A program made the position numbers and the translations under genes. A stretch of 64,000 nt of DNA from Williopsis jadinii. Taxonomy: Eukaryota. Under the pieces are notes generated by a model. The model searched no databases. It was given only the letters and a program-made list of their open reading frames with translations, and was not told the origin of the DNA. The stretch lies in assembly GCA_024346625.1 (NCBI GenBank), contig AP024664.1:3906001-3970000 (forward strand), written 5' to 3'. Every line of letters begins with the position of its first letter. Within the stretch, counting starts at the first letter, position 1. Shown one piece after another: positions 1-12,056 of the stretch.

Positions 1-168
1 GCACTTCATTGTATTAATACACAGCTGAATTGGTGGTATAAATATAGACACAAGGCACTCTGATATAGCAAACTAAAGCCAATTGGGGTAAAAATCCAAG
101 TTATCGAGGAGTTTTTGACTTGAGAAGCTTTGCTGAAGAAGATATAAACTACTTAGAGATCGAGAGCA

Positions 169-2331
169 ATGGTTGTTACAAGCAGTCGCAGTCGTTCGTC
201 TTTGACCCTGAATCAATTGCAACTGTTGCAAAATCCACAGAGCATTGATACCTCTTTGTTCTACGTTGGTGTTGACGTGGGGACAGGCTCTGCCAGAGCA
301 GCCGTTGTGGATAACACCGGGTCGATTTTAGCACTGGCTGAGCGTCCAATTGCTCGTCAGGAGCTGAAGCCTAACTACATCACCCAGTCCACTACTGAGA
401 TTTGGAATGCCATCTGCTACTGTGTCAAGTCCACAATCAGGGATGCTGGGATCGAGCCGAACCAGGTTATGGGTATTGGCTTCGATGCCACCTGTTCTCT
501 TGCGGTGCTGTATGAGAAGGATGACCAGCCAATGGGTGTAGGCCCAAACTTCTCCAACAACGACCAGAACATCATTCTATGGATGGACCATCGTGCTGTT
601 GATGAGACCAATGAGATCAATGCAACAGGTGACAAGTGCCTGAAGTATGTTGGTGGTACCATGTCAATCGAGATGGAGCTGCCAAAGATGAAATGGCTGA
701 AGAATAACTTACCAGAGGGCCAGTTCAAGGAGGCCAAGTTTTACGACCTGGCTGACTTCCTCACTCACAAGGCCACTGGAAGCGAGGCAAGATCGTACTG
801 CTCTACGGTGTGTAAGATGGGCTTTGTCCCACCAGGCGTTGAAGGCTCCACGGACGGTTGGTCGAAGGAGTTTCTGGAGCAGTTGGACTTGCCAGAGCTT
901 GTTGAGGATAACTACAGACGTCTTGGTGGTTCTCCTTCTTTGGGTGGTACGTGGCTCTCAGCTGGTGACGTGGTTGGTCCATTGTCGAAGAAGGCTGCAG
1001 AGGAACTGGGACTGAGTACCTCTTGTCTTGTTGGCTCAGGTGTCATCGACGCCTATGCTGGCTGGATTGGAACAGTTGCTGCGCACACCGACATTGAGAT
1101 CCCAGCACTCGTTCATCAGGATAAGAACTCCATTGGAATGGCTAAAACTGCTGGTAGATTGGCTGCCGTTGCTGGAACTTCAACTTGTCACATTGCTCTG
1201 AGTGAGAAGCCAATCTTCGTGGAGGGTGTTTGGGGGCCTTACAGAGATGTCATGGAACCAGGCTTATGGCTTGCAGAAGGTGGTCAATCATGTACTGGTG
1301 CACTGTTAGCACACGTCTTAAACACGCATCCAGCGTATTCTGAACTGGCTCGTCTAGCAGATGCTTCCAATGTTTCGAAATTCGACTACCTCAATGCCCG
1401 TCTCGAGAGTCTGAAGGCTGAAAGATCTGCTCGTTCTGTTGTGTCGCTTGCAAAGCACCTCTTCTTTTACGGTGATTTCCACGGCAATCGCTCTCCAATT
1501 GCTGATCCTCGTATGAAGGCTGCCATCGTTGGTCAATCCATGGACACTTCGATTGATGATTTGGCAATCACCTATCTGGCTGCATGCGAATTCATTGCTC
1601 AACAAACTAGACAGATCGTTGAGAAGATGTGTGCATCAGGCCATGACATCCCTGCTATCTTCATGTCTGGTGGTCAATGCCGTAACGGTTTGTTGATGCG
1701 TTTACTGGCTGATTGCACTGGGCTGCCAATCATCATTCCTCGTTATATCGACGCTGCTGTGGTGTTTGGTGCTGCCTTGCTCGGTGCCGTTGCTGCTCAA
1801 AGTGCAACAAAGGTCAAGCGTAAGCCTTCCTTCAAGCTGCCACTAGGGTTGAAACCGTTGAATGAGGTGAAGAGGGACATGGCATCTCCTTATACAGCAC
1901 CTTCTGCGACTGCCTCCAACATCAATATGGCTGCTATTGCAAGTGCCACCGGTGGATTCCCATTCCCAATCACACCAGCTATCGACGAGGTCAAGTCGAC
2001 CGATGAGGACGACTCTGGTGACGAAGAAGCTACCCTGTCTTTCGGTGCAAAGACCAAGGCTCATGAAGAGGTTGATCAAAAGATCAAGAACACTAGACTG
2101 GAGCAGTCAAAGAAACATGGTGAACAATTGTGGGAAGTTATGGTCAAGCTCACCGGTGGTGGTAAGGTTGTTGAGCCTCATGATAAGAACTACCCTGATA
2201 GAAAGTTGCTGGACGCTAAGTATACCATCTTCCTGGAGCAAGCTGAGACTCAAAGAAAATATCGTCAATTGGTTGACGACGTTGAAGACGAAATTCTTCA
2301 TGAGCAATCAGCTCAGCTTAGAGAAGAATAA
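169..2331 (+). CDS. FGGY-family carbohydrate kinase (D-ribulokinase, YDR109C-like)
   Basis: 720-aa ORF with GVDVGTGSARA, GIGFDATCSL, WMDHRA, GTSTCH, GNRSP and MSGGQCRN FGGY motifs. Confidence 0.93.
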   Translation: MVVTSSRSRSSLTLNQLQLLQNPQSIDTSLFYVGVDVGTGSARAAVVDNTGSILALAERPIARQELKPNYITQSTTEIWNAICYCVKSTIRDAGIEPNQVMGIGFDATCSLAVLYEKDDQPMGVGPNFSNNDQNIILWMDHRAVDETNEINATGDKCLKYVGGTMSIEMELPKMKWLKNNLPEGQFKEAKFYDLADFLTHKATGSEARSYCSTVCKMGFVPPGVEGSTDGWSKEFLEQLDLPELVEDNYRRLGGSPSLGGTWLSAGDVVGPLSKKAAEELGLSTSCLVGSGVIDAYAGWIGTVAAHTDIEIPALVHQDKNSIGMAKTAGRLAAVAGTSTCHIALSEKPIFVEGVWGPYRDVMEPGLWLAEGGQSCTGALLAHVLNTHPAYSELARLADASNVSKFDYLNARLESLKAERSARSVVSLAKHLFFYGDFHGNRSPIADPRMKAAIVGQSMDTSIDDLAITYLAACEFIAQQTRQIVEKMCASGHDIPAIFMSGGQCRNGLLMRLLADCTGLPIIIPRYIDAAVVFGAALLGAVAAQSATKVKRKPSFKLPLGLKPLNEVKRDMASPYTAPSATASNINMAAIASATGGFPFPITPAIDEVKSTDEDDSGDEEATLSFGAKTKAHEEVDQKIKNTRLEQSKKHGEQLWEVMVKLTGGGKVVEPHDKNYPDRKLLDAKYTIFLEQAETQRKYRQLVDDVEDEILHEQSAQLREE

Positions 2332-2410
2332 TGTCATTCATATGAGGCAGCTCCTTTCTTTTATATATATATTGTATACAACACATGTCATCACTTACTT
2401 CATTAAAATG

Positions 2411-3517
2411 TTATATTGAGCACTTTGAAAACAGCGTATCTGTCCAATCCAGTAGAACTTCTTCGCCCGATATATACTTCTCTCGTGTAAGTTCACCGCT
2501 GTTTTTAATCCTAGTTGAAGTTGAAGACGTCATCAATGATGTGGTACAATATAGGCTAGCACCTTGCCATGGGCCTAAAGATTTGATGCCAGAAGCCTTT
2601 GTGCGTTTGTTTATCTCGTAGATGATACGTGTTTTAATTCCAGGGATGTTGGACAACCCACCAACGATGATGATGTTGGAAGACAGCGGAGTTCTCAGAT
2701 CGATGTCAACCTCTTTGATGACTTGCTCTACCAGAGAACATAAAGTCTGGGAGTCATCGTCATCAGTGCCATCTTGTTCATCTGGGAAGAGAATCTCTTC
2801 AATGCTCTGGTATCTTAATTCCTGAGGAATGGTTGAATTGTTGAATGTAAAATCACCAGTTCCATGGTTTCCAATGCCGCAGTAACAGCACTCTATGAGA
2901 AACTGTTCAACAAATTCAAACGTGGTATCCAGTCCCAGATTCGCAAGCTTCTTCCTGATATCATTGTGTATTCTTCTTGAAGCACGTAACGTCTGCTTGC
3001 TATAGATGTAGAGCTGTCGTAGGTCGAAAACTGGTGTAACTGTTGTTACGTTCCAGCCCAGATCAATGACCAGCCCAGACGTTGCTCCGGAGGCAAGCAC
3101 ACTCATTACCGATGCTGGTAAGAACCGTATGCTCTGAGCATGCATGTGAAACAGGATGACACGGGTCAGTGCTCTCTTTAGAGGCAATGGCAGCATGACA
3201 GGCTCCAACATGAGTACTTTACACCGTTTAGGGTCCACGAGAAGATCGTTCTCATAGACGTCATGTATGATCCGCTCCAGCAGGCACTCCAGTCTGTACG
3301 GATCCACAGATGCCATGGACTCTGTCCACAGGAACTGTGGTGGTTCCTGTCCTTGAGCTCCTTCACAGCCGTCATCTGATCGTACCGTCAACTGAGCATC
3401 AGTAAGGTCATATACGTTCGTTCTCCTACGCACAATGGCACAGGCATCTCCAGCAAAGCCAGCCCTCACGAACCTCGAGCCAACATCAAATATGATTGGG
3501 TAGTACTGCTGTCCCAT
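2411..3517 (-). CDS. ARP10: Divergent actin-related protein, probably dynactin Arp10/Arp11
   Basis: Actin-fold motifs FDVGSRFVRAGFAGD, GLVIDLGW, NIIIVGGLSNIPG; 368 aa and highly divergent. Confidence 0.65.
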   Translation of the reverse strand: MGQQYYPIIFDVGSRFVRAGFAGDACAIVRRRTNVYDLTDAQLTVRSDDGCEGAQGQEPPQFLWTESMASVDPYRLECLLERIIHDVYENDLLVDPKRCKVLMLEPVMLPLPLKRALTRVILFHMHAQSIRFLPASVMSVLASGATSGLVIDLGWNVTTVTPVFDLRQLYIYSKQTLRASRRIHNDIRKKLANLGLDTTFEFVEQFLIECCYCGIGNHGTGDFTFNNSTIPQELRYQSIEEILFPDEQDGTDDDDSQTLCSLVEQVIKEVDIDLRTPLSSNIIIVGGLSNIPGIKTRIIYEINKRTKASGIKSLGPWQGASLYCTTSLMTSSTSTRIKNSGELTREKYISGEEVLLDWTDTLFSKCSI

Positions 3518-3738
3518 GGGCTCTCAACTGGTAAGATAGAACCTTCTAAAGCCCATAAGCACCAACGATAGAGAAAGTACGAGGAAGTAAATAAGAGGGC
3601 ATCGCGTATACACTCGATATCGCGGTGTTCGGATGTGGTGAGTCGGTGCGGGCCACATAGGCCGGCCGGGCCCATAACCCACCAGGGCTCATAATCCACC
3701 TCCTTTAGCACATTTGGTGCCTTCATCAGCATCACCAA

Positions 3739-3787
3739 CTTCACACTTCACACTTCACACTTCACACTTCACACTTCACACTTCACA
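3739..3787 (+). repeat. (CTTCACA)7 heptamer microsatellite upstream of TMS1
   Basis: Seven perfect copies read directly, followed by a short (CTT)n run. Confidence 0.95.
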
Positions 3788-3842
3788 CCTCTTCTTCTTC
3801 TTCTTCTGATTGTACACCACAGACCAAGCTTTATTCACAGCC

Positions 3843-5246
3843 ATGGGTGGTATCGTGTCTTTGCCTCTTCAGATGGCGGGGACAGCAGCAGCGTCGTGCT
3901 GTGGCTCGATGTTCTCCAGTATCCTTTGTAACTCGTGCAAGGCCATCGGGTCCTCCTTCTCCACGAGACTGAGCTATGCGTTTCTGTTCCTCATCAATGC
4001 CCTCCTGTCGTGGATCATGCTTACCGACTTTGCGATATCCAAGCTGGAGAAGATATCCAGGTTCCAGTGTGAGGGCGTGGAGTGCGGGTTCTTTGCGGTT
4101 CACAGGCTCAACTTTGCCCTGGGAATTGAACACCTTCTACTATGCCTCTTTCTCGTCGGTGTCCACTCTACCACGAATCCCAGATCGAAGCTACAGAACA
4201 GCTTCTGGGCACCAAAGATCTTGCTCTGGTTGATCTTTGTGGTGGTGTCGTTCTTGATCCCTGATAAGTTCTTCATCGCATGGTCCAAGTACATCTCTGT
4301 CATCGCAGGCGCACTCTTCCTCCTTGTGGGGTTAATCCTGTTGGTTGACTTTGCCCATGAGTTCGCAGAGACGTGTATTGAGCACGTTGAAGCGGAGGAC
4401 GAGTACTCAGGAGTATGGAAGACATTGCTCGTTGGTGGCACGGGCCTCATGTATGCGGGCTCCATCACAATGTGTGTTTTGACCTATGTGTTCTTCTGTC
4501 ATGACGGCTGTTCCATGAACCAGGCTGCAGCGACGGTGAACCTGATCCTTGGAGTCATTGTCACCGTGCTTTCCCTCAATCAAAAGATTCAGGAGTACAA
4601 CCCAAACTGTGGTCTTGCTCAGGCTGCCATTGTCACGGTTTACTGTACTTATCTCACTCTCTCGGCTGCTGCATCTGAACCAGATGATAAGCAGTGCAAC
4701 CCCTTGATCCGTAACCGTGGAACTCGTACAGCCTCGGTTGTTCTTGGTGCCATCTTTACGTTGATAACCATTGCCTACACCACAACTCGTGCAGCTGCAA
4801 ACTCAGCCTTCAACGGCTCCAAAGGCGGTGGCTCCATCGCAATCAACTACGACGACCCAGTATCAACAAACGATGTCATCTCGGCTGAGCCTGGAGCAAA
4901 CGAGATGCGCATGCAAGCCATTAGGGAGGCCGTTGCTGTTGGCTCACTTCCCGAGTCCGCTCTACACGACCAAAGTTGGTTGTACGATGAAGATGATGAG
5001 GATGAGGAGCGTGTGGCTACAAAGTATAACTATGCCCTATTCCACCTCATTTTCTTCCTGGCTACACAATGGTTAGCAGTCCTGCTGACCATGAATGTCC
5101 AACAGGACGATTTCGGTGACTTCGTGCCTGTTGGAAGAACTTACTTCTACTCATGGGTCAAGATCGTGAGTGCATGGCTCTGTTATCTCATATATGGCTG
5201 GTCTCTGTTGGCTCCAGTGATGATGCCGGAGAGATTTGGCTACTAG
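3843..5246 (+). CDS. TMS1: Serine incorporator (SERINC/TDE) family membrane protein
   Basis: MGG..SL..ASCCG N-terminus, multiple TM segments, SEPDDKQCNP, YNYALFHLIF, WVKIVSAW; first ATG at 3843 (ORF track starts at an upstream TTG). Confidence 0.93.
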   Translation: MGGIVSLPLQMAGTAAASCCGSMFSSILCNSCKAIGSSFSTRLSYAFLFLINALLSWIMLTDFAISKLEKISRFQCEGVECGFFAVHRLNFALGIEHLLLCLFLVGVHSTTNPRSKLQNSFWAPKILLWLIFVVVSFLIPDKFFIAWSKYISVIAGALFLLVGLILLVDFAHEFAETCIEHVEAEDEYSGVWKTLLVGGTGLMYAGSITMCVLTYVFFCHDGCSMNQAAATVNLILGVIVTVLSLNQKIQEYNPNCGLAQAAIVTVYCTYLTLSAAASEPDDKQCNPLIRNRGTRTASVVLGAIFTLITIAYTTTRAAANSAFNGSKGGGSIAINYDDPVSTNDVISAEPGANEMRMQAIREAVAVGSLPESALHDQSWLYDEDDEDEERVATKYNYALFHLIFFLATQWLAVLLTMNVQQDDFGDFVPVGRTYFYSWVKIVSAWLCYLIYGWSLLAPVMMPERFGY

Positions 5247-6773
5247 CACATCCTCGGCCTCGTAGTTAACAAGATACGACGTATATGGCTGTTACCAATA
5301 CTACCTCATCCCCTTTTCAAAAGCAACCTTGTAGCAAAATTTTGTCTATAACCTATGCCTGTCCACACTTAAAACACAACCAATTGGAGAGAGATTTAGC
5401 ACACCAGAACCATAGCTTTGCCTAGCCCTCACAATCAGCTATACCTCGGTCAATGATACACACACAGTCGTGTTGACGGCATAGCTGGTGGACCCCGTTG
5501 ATTGGGCCTGTTCTTCGCCGCGACCTTTACTCATTGTTGACACGATTGTGTATCATCAAGAGTTAACGTCATCGTCAAACAAGCTGCAGATAGGGACTTG
5601 AAACACACCTGAATGAGGGTTTCTGTTGTACTTTCACGAGCAATGCCATGGCCGCTGTGACTGGAGATGTCTGTGCTAGCACAATGTGTCCATATGGCTG
5701 ATAGGCCAAGAGATTTCCCCCCAGTGTATTTTGATAGTGTGGATCGGAAAGAGTGGAAGAGCCCCCTCGAGAATGAATTGATTCCCACGGTTTATGTCCA
5801 TCTGCTCAAGCTCACAAGACAGAGGATCCAGTGGTGTCAGTGCTGTGTGGTGTGTGCTTCTATGAACACATTACTTTGGCGCCATGTGAACATGCTCTGT
5901 TGAGCCTTGGAACGCGCTGGCTTCAGCACCTTGTGCTGTTGATGTTTTGATGAACACGAGTTGTATGTGGATGAGAGTGAAGGAATTGCAGCTCTTGTGC
6001 CTTGATACTTGCTCAGCTCACCTCAGCTCACCTCAGCATGGGTATTCCGTGGTGATCTCTTGGGGTTTGAGGCCCTTGTTGCTTTGTATGATGGTCTGTT
6101 GTTGCACATAGCTGGCGCTAGAGCTGGCCAGCATTGAGTCCACGCACTCAATGAGCATGTATCTGGAGTTGCTGGTGAGGTCTTGATGTGCTGAGAAGTG
6201 GATCCACTGACAGAAAGGCCATATCATTCCCTCTGGGAGTGATTGGTCGGTAAGGCTCTTTGAGCAGCGCACTGTGATGTCCAATGCTCAGAGCCCTTGC
6301 AAAGGTTGTGTTCTTAAGACAGGACCGGCACTTTACCTTTCAATGAATCATCTGGCCTCACTCATGCTGACATGAAGCGGTATACGTGGGTACCATTTCC
6401 ACTCTCGAAATAGCCCATGCCCTTCAGGGAGAAAGGTGCACTTCACTATCACCAGTGTCTCAAGCGTTCTGTTAATCCACGATGCACCAGCGCTCCAGAA
6501 TCAGTCTCAGCTACTCGCTCTTGGGCAGCTGAGTCCTCAAACAGGGGTTATACTTTATCTGTGTATCATTCCAGAGTCGAATGGACACATACACCTCAGC
6601 TGAACACATGGTCGTGATACTGTCCGCCACTGACTCTGGTCAATCTAAGGAGTTTAAGCCTGTCGACGATGGACGACACGGCCACCAAACTCAAGCAGGG
6701 ATGTACCAAGGACCAGTCCAGCGACAAGTCCACCTTGGAGTGCTACTGCTGTTCTTATCCATGGCCCTACTGT

Positions 6774-6818
6774 CCTTCTGCTCCCTTCTGCTCCCTTCTG
6801 CTCCCTTCTGCTCCCTTC
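6774..6818 (+). repeat. (CCTTCTGCTC) x4.5 decamer tandem repeat
   Basis: Read directly. Confidence 0.9.
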
Positions 6819-7160
6819 AGTGTTAATCCCTCTGCTGCCAGCCAAAGAGGGAAAGAACTCTCAACGTGAGCTTCCGACGCTTCATGGACCGTCTCAGCTC
6901 TTCACTCGCTCAGTCTGGGAAGATTGAGAATGCTTCTTCCCCTGGAAGCCACTCTCTGCCTTTGTGCGTGGCTTTCTACACCGAGTCCTTTCCACTGTTT
7001 TGTTGTTTACTGAGCCTCGACAGCCTAAGAAAATACCTACAAAAGCAGGCCAGTGTTGGTTTCAACATGCATTGCCACTGCTCGTGGAGGGTACATTCTA
7101 AGCAGAAACACACCTTGAGAGCTCTTCAAAGGACTCTGTGTCTTCCAGCCTGGAGCTCAT

Positions 7161-7208
7161 AGGCTGGACCTCATAGACTGGACCTCACTGGCTGGACCTC
7201 ACTGGCTG
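7161..7208 (+). repeat. Imperfect 14-bp tandem repeat (GGCTGGACCTCAxx) x3
   Basis: aggctggacctcat agactggacctcac tggctggacctcac tggctg. Confidence 0.8.
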
Positions 7209-7685
7209 AAGCAACAGCCCCGGGTGTCCTTGGAACCCATTACCAGTCTCGGCTCCTCAATACACATTCCACGCTGCTCAAAGGCCTGGGAGGAGGATCC
7301 CGGGAAAGCGTCCTCGGTGTTGGTACTGTTGGGCTCAAATTTTGGCTGTGTGAGGGTCTGAGATGCCGTACTGGGAAAGGGCCAATGAGAACAGGTCTCC
7401 CGAACTCAGCGAGTGTGAAATCCATGTGATGTGGGCAGGCTCAGCTAACGGGGCCCTGTTAGTTGCTGGTACCGGTTAATGGGCTGCATTTCCCTCCCCG
7501 TGGTCCGTCCAGAGAATGTTGGTGTGTTCTATTCTTTCACTCCGCCTGTCTTCTCGGGACTGAAGTGTTTTACCTTATGACCGTCAGGCTGTGCCATTTC
7601 TGGTGTCTCTCCCTCTGGGTGTTTGAATAGAGGTGATTTTAGGGCCTACAGGTGGGGGGTTTTAATGACCTTGGTTGTGCTATTA

Positions 7686-8492
7686 TTACTTATTCGTGTC
7701 GGTAGTCTTTGGCTTACCGGGAAGTTCTGGTGTCGATGAACCCTGTTGAGGGAATGCTTGTAGTGGAGGTATGTACATTTCTGGTGTCCACGCTATTGGA
7801 TGGACCAATGGCTGGGGACCACGCGGAGGTACGAAATACATATGCTGTTGTGTATATGCCGATGGCATTGTCTGAACAAAGTGTGGATGCGAATGACGCA
7901 GTTGCTGAGGATGGTAAAACTGCTGGTTATGCTGTTGTTGTTGCAACATTGCTCTCTCGTGCTCTCGACGGAGCTGTGAATAGTACATTAAGTTCTGTGT
8001 GTTGATTTGATCGTACGACTCTGCTCTTCTCGCTATGAGAGGATGTCGGGCATGTGCTCTCTGTCTGGCTTTCTCCTTCAATGTTGGACAGTCCTTCTGA
8101 AGATGGCCAATTTCTTCGCAGTAATAGCACTGTTTGACGTCGGCGGTGTGTTCTGTGGTGCACTCTGACGATTTATGGCCCGGTTGCTTGCAATTGTAAC
8201 AAAGTCGAACCGTGGATGTGCATTCGTTTGCTTTATGGCCCAGATTCCCACATTTATAGCATGTCTTTTTAAAAGCTGTGGAGAGGGGAATCGTCTGCTC
8301 CAGTGGCTTGAACCGGGGCTCAAACGGTGGCTCATCCTTCAGGCTCTTGATTTTAGACTTGTCAATGGATACTGGCTGTGTCTTTACTGTGTTGCTAGAA
8401 TCTGATGGATCGTTCTGCTCGTGATCCGAGGAAGATCCTGAAGATTCCACGTTATTGTCCGCTCCATCGTATTGCTTTTCTTGTGACTCCAT
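7686..8492 (-). CDS. Gis2/CNBP-like protein with three CCHC zinc knuckles and a Q/H/P-rich tail
   Basis: CYKCGNLGHKANEC, RLCYNCKQPGHKSSEC and KQCYYCEEIGHLQKDCPTL match the spacing of the first three Gis2 knuckles; first ATG at 8492. Confidence 0.75.
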   Translation of the reverse strand: MESQEKQYDGADNNVESSGSSSDHEQNDPSDSSNTVKTQPVSIDKSKIKSLKDEPPFEPRFKPLEQTIPLSTAFKKTCYKCGNLGHKANECTSTVRLCYNCKQPGHKSSECTTEHTADVKQCYYCEEIGHLQKDCPTLKEKARQRAHARHPLIARRAESYDQINTQNLMYYSQLRREHERAMLQQQQHNQQFYHPQQLRHSHPHFVQTMPSAYTQQHMYFVPPRGPQPLVHPIAWTPEMYIPPLQAFPQQGSSTPELPGKPKTTDTNK

Positions 8493-11400
8493 ATTAATCA
8501 AGAGAACCCACAAGTCGTGCAATTGAACACATGTACACAGCTAGATATCAGGTGGTATTTCACGACACAGTAAGAGCACGGGAAATTTTCACTAGAAGCG
8601 AATAACTGATCTTCGTTGGGTTAAGTAATTCGCTTTTAAATGAACTTCTCTCAAAAGCAGGAGGGAAAAAAACGGGCGAAAAAAGAAAAGAAAACCCTCC
8701 GATCATGCGCCAGAATGCACTGCACATGCAGGTGGCATGCGCATGAGGTTGGGCCGCAGAAACCATAAATCGTGACGTCGTTGTTCTTGTCGATGAGTCT
8801 GGGACGTATAGCGAGGACAGCTACATGACCTATTTGGTTCAGGAAGCGTGGTGTCGTTGTTGCTGTTTTTTGTATGGAGCAATTGACGAAAGTGAAACGA
8901 TGGCCATTTGGATGTTTGTAGCTCTCTTGAAATCAGAAACAGGCTTGGCTAATAATGTGACTAGCCCGGAAAAAGAGGTGGTGTATGGGAACAATAGCTA
9001 TTACATCGCCAATATTGAGGAACCTTCCTTTTCCCATGTGTGCTTTCATTTACCAAAACCTAATTTGAGCTTGGAGTTGTAAAGCCTTGCTCTATATACA
9101 TATGTATTAGGTTTCTATCCACATCAGCGGCATGTTACGAGGCATACCTTGTACAGCTTCTTCACTGGAGGGTGCGTTGCTTATTTTTCCTGGACATTTA
9201 GGCAAGTCACGTTGAGCCCCCCGTTGTTCTCGAAGCTTACAGAAAGACATCTGACAGTTTTCAGATACATCCCCGAGTTGTGAGCTATGTTCATATCCTA
9301 GTTCTGGATCGTGGTTAGTTGTGGTTTCATTCTGCCGGTGTTACAAAGGTAGTGCAGTCTGCATTTTTACATAGATTTGAGCGCAGTCACGGGATTTTAG
9401 CTGTATAAGAAGCTTCCCTAACAGAGAACTGAAACACAGCAACGTTCCGTCCCACAGCTCTTCTATTCCAGGATTCCAACATGAGGTGAAAAAGCTGTTT
9501 ATATCCTGAAGTGAATCCCTTTCCCTTCCCATGGAATTACAAATCATGGACATCGGATGCTTGTATCAGTCAACATCAAGCACCACAGGCAAAACAGAAA
9601 ACAGAAAACGGCAACCGTTTCAGAAGGGGTTTGTCGGTGTCCACCCTTAAAGTAGGATATAAACATACATCTCGTAAATGAATAAGTTTCACAGCTGTCG
9701 ACTACACAGGACGCACTTTTATCATCATAGGATGAACTTATGGCACCTTTCGCATCAAGCTGCAATCCAACGTCATTAGGTTCCAAATCTTAAGGCATGG
9801 AAGCTTCCGCAAAGCGTCCATTGAGATGTAGGCTGATATCGTAAACACATTCTTATTCCTCCGGGAGGTTGATAGATAGATTCCATGCCACATATGACCA
9901 GATCTTGAAATTCGACGCCGACATAGTTTCGCATACAAATCATGTACCAAAATCACGAGCTTCTTTGTCGGGTCCGGCAGGACCACACCGGAAAGCCGAA
10001 AATACATGCATAGAACAGTCGAGGACGATTAATCCCGTTTGACACCCATCACCAATCATCAGAACAATGCGCGGAGACGAACAAGGTTATATATGTGCTT
10101 GTTCGATGCCATGCTAGAGCGTGCTCATCACCAACCACTTTATTTTGTAACTGAGTATGACTGTGGCCATCATTTCCATCGTTCAATAGAGAAACGAGAT
10201 ATGCACTTCTATGTATATCTCATGTATACCACTGCAGGACTTTGTGACAAAAGAACACTATTTCCCTATTGTGGCGCAGCGTAAGCTCTTAGGCCGCGGC
10301 AGCAGCACAGTGCACGACAGCGGATAGTCACAACACCAATGACTTTATCAAACATGATCGTGTATCTTCATTGTGTAGTCGGTTCGAGCTTGACGGCCAC
10401 GGTTACATTGGACACAGCCACTAAAGATCCGGCGATCATGGGCTGAAGTAATGTCAGTAATCGTCGTGGTCTGCTTTTCAAGGGGTCCACTTTGGTGGAT
10501 AAATCTGTCCTGGTTTCAGAATCATTCCAGGCCGAGGAGTCAAGAGTCACGGTATCAATTATTTCTGCACGTTAATGCCCATGAAGGAACAAGGTTGCGC
10601 GCGTTAAGCACAATCACCGAAAGTCCTGTTTGAAGAGTCTTGTAGCACTGTTGTTATTAGCTCAAACACACCAGCTGGTTGACTAATTATTACCATCACA
10701 GTCCTTTGGTCTGGCGCATGAGAAGCATCTTATTCCGGTGTGTCTTATTCTGGGGGAAATAGGCCGCCAAGGCAGCACAGTGTAAGTTAGGAGTAGGCGA
10801 TGCACTGCATCATATACAAAGTCGGTACGAAGAACATGTTGTGACGTATCGACAGTATCGGTCCTTCGCCGATCATATAATGCCGCTATACTTGGGATGC
10901 ATCCACACATGATATATGTATACGATTGAGATCGTGGTTGGTGTCGGTGAGATGCTAATCGAAAACCTGGCCTACATTCGAGTCACGCCAGTGTGACGCC
11001 TACTGATCTGGTTCAGGGTACTTTGAGCCATGAAACAAGACTTATGGCCCAAGTCGGATGTTGCTGCGTGAAATGGAAGTACTGAACATGAAGCTGAATT
11101 GCTAGCTGTTTTAGCGGGAAAGAGGAATCCACCAGTTTCGTTTTAGTCGAGCTTAAACCACTCTCTCCCTCTTGGATAACACTCGAACTGCGCTCTTTTC
11201 TGAAACTTGTATTATAAGCTGTATCTCATATGAACTACAACCTTCTATTTAGAGAACGAGTTATAGTTTTGTAAGTGCAGTGCCTCCATGTAACTTTGCG
11301 TCTGTCGACCGTGATGTTGGCATGAAACAAGGTTTTATTCGCTATACCCTCAAGCCACATGTCTCAGGAGTGAATGCCTTTGTATGGTAGCTTGTGAACC

Positions 11401-12056
11401 GTTAAATAAGCACTGAACGTTGTGTTGAGTACACATGGAATCGGGACTGTTCTTCATTGATCTTAAACACCCTGTTATCTGCTATTTATGTGTCCCATCT
11501 ATGCGAACACCTCCAGCTTGATTCCCGTGATAATGACACAGTGACCAGCAGCCATGCTTATATGCGATATCGCCTTCAATTCAGACGTGATTAAGCCTCT
11601 GTATCCAATTTGGACTAGTCAAGCATCATTGTTAGAGTTTTGACCAATGGCATGCTATCAAACCATGAATAAACGGCTTTGTTAGAGATTTCAAAGCACG
11701 AGCCTTACGATTAGCTGTACCCGTTAGCTATACCCAACAAATATGTAAATTCAGAAGAGTACTTGGTCGGATGTGCACTACACATCCATTCTCCAACTCA
11801 GGCTAATCCTACAAAAGCCTACAGCATATAATTCCCATTTGCGTTCATGTTGACAAGGAGGCTGGAGAAAAATTTTGTTCCGGGACTTTTGCAATGCGTT
11901 GATTGGACAAATTGGAAATCGGTTGCTATGTCTAGAACTTGATTTGCTTGCATTTGTAATAACCTGGTGATGTATGTGTAATCGTATTTTTATTCACTTT
12001 TTATTACAAATGAATGTGATATTTTGGTTAGTTCCTTGTCTCAGTAGAGTCTGTAA

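Noticed and set aside
5250..7680. Telomerase RNA, RNase P/MRP or SRP RNA
   Set aside because: I could not find a convincing template, Sm site or the conserved P4/helix-8 motifs by eye; left as unexplained.
7686..8492. CCHC knuckles as retrotransposon Gag
   Set aside because: Linker residues match Gis2/CNBP, and no protease, RT, integrase or LTRs are recognisable nearby.
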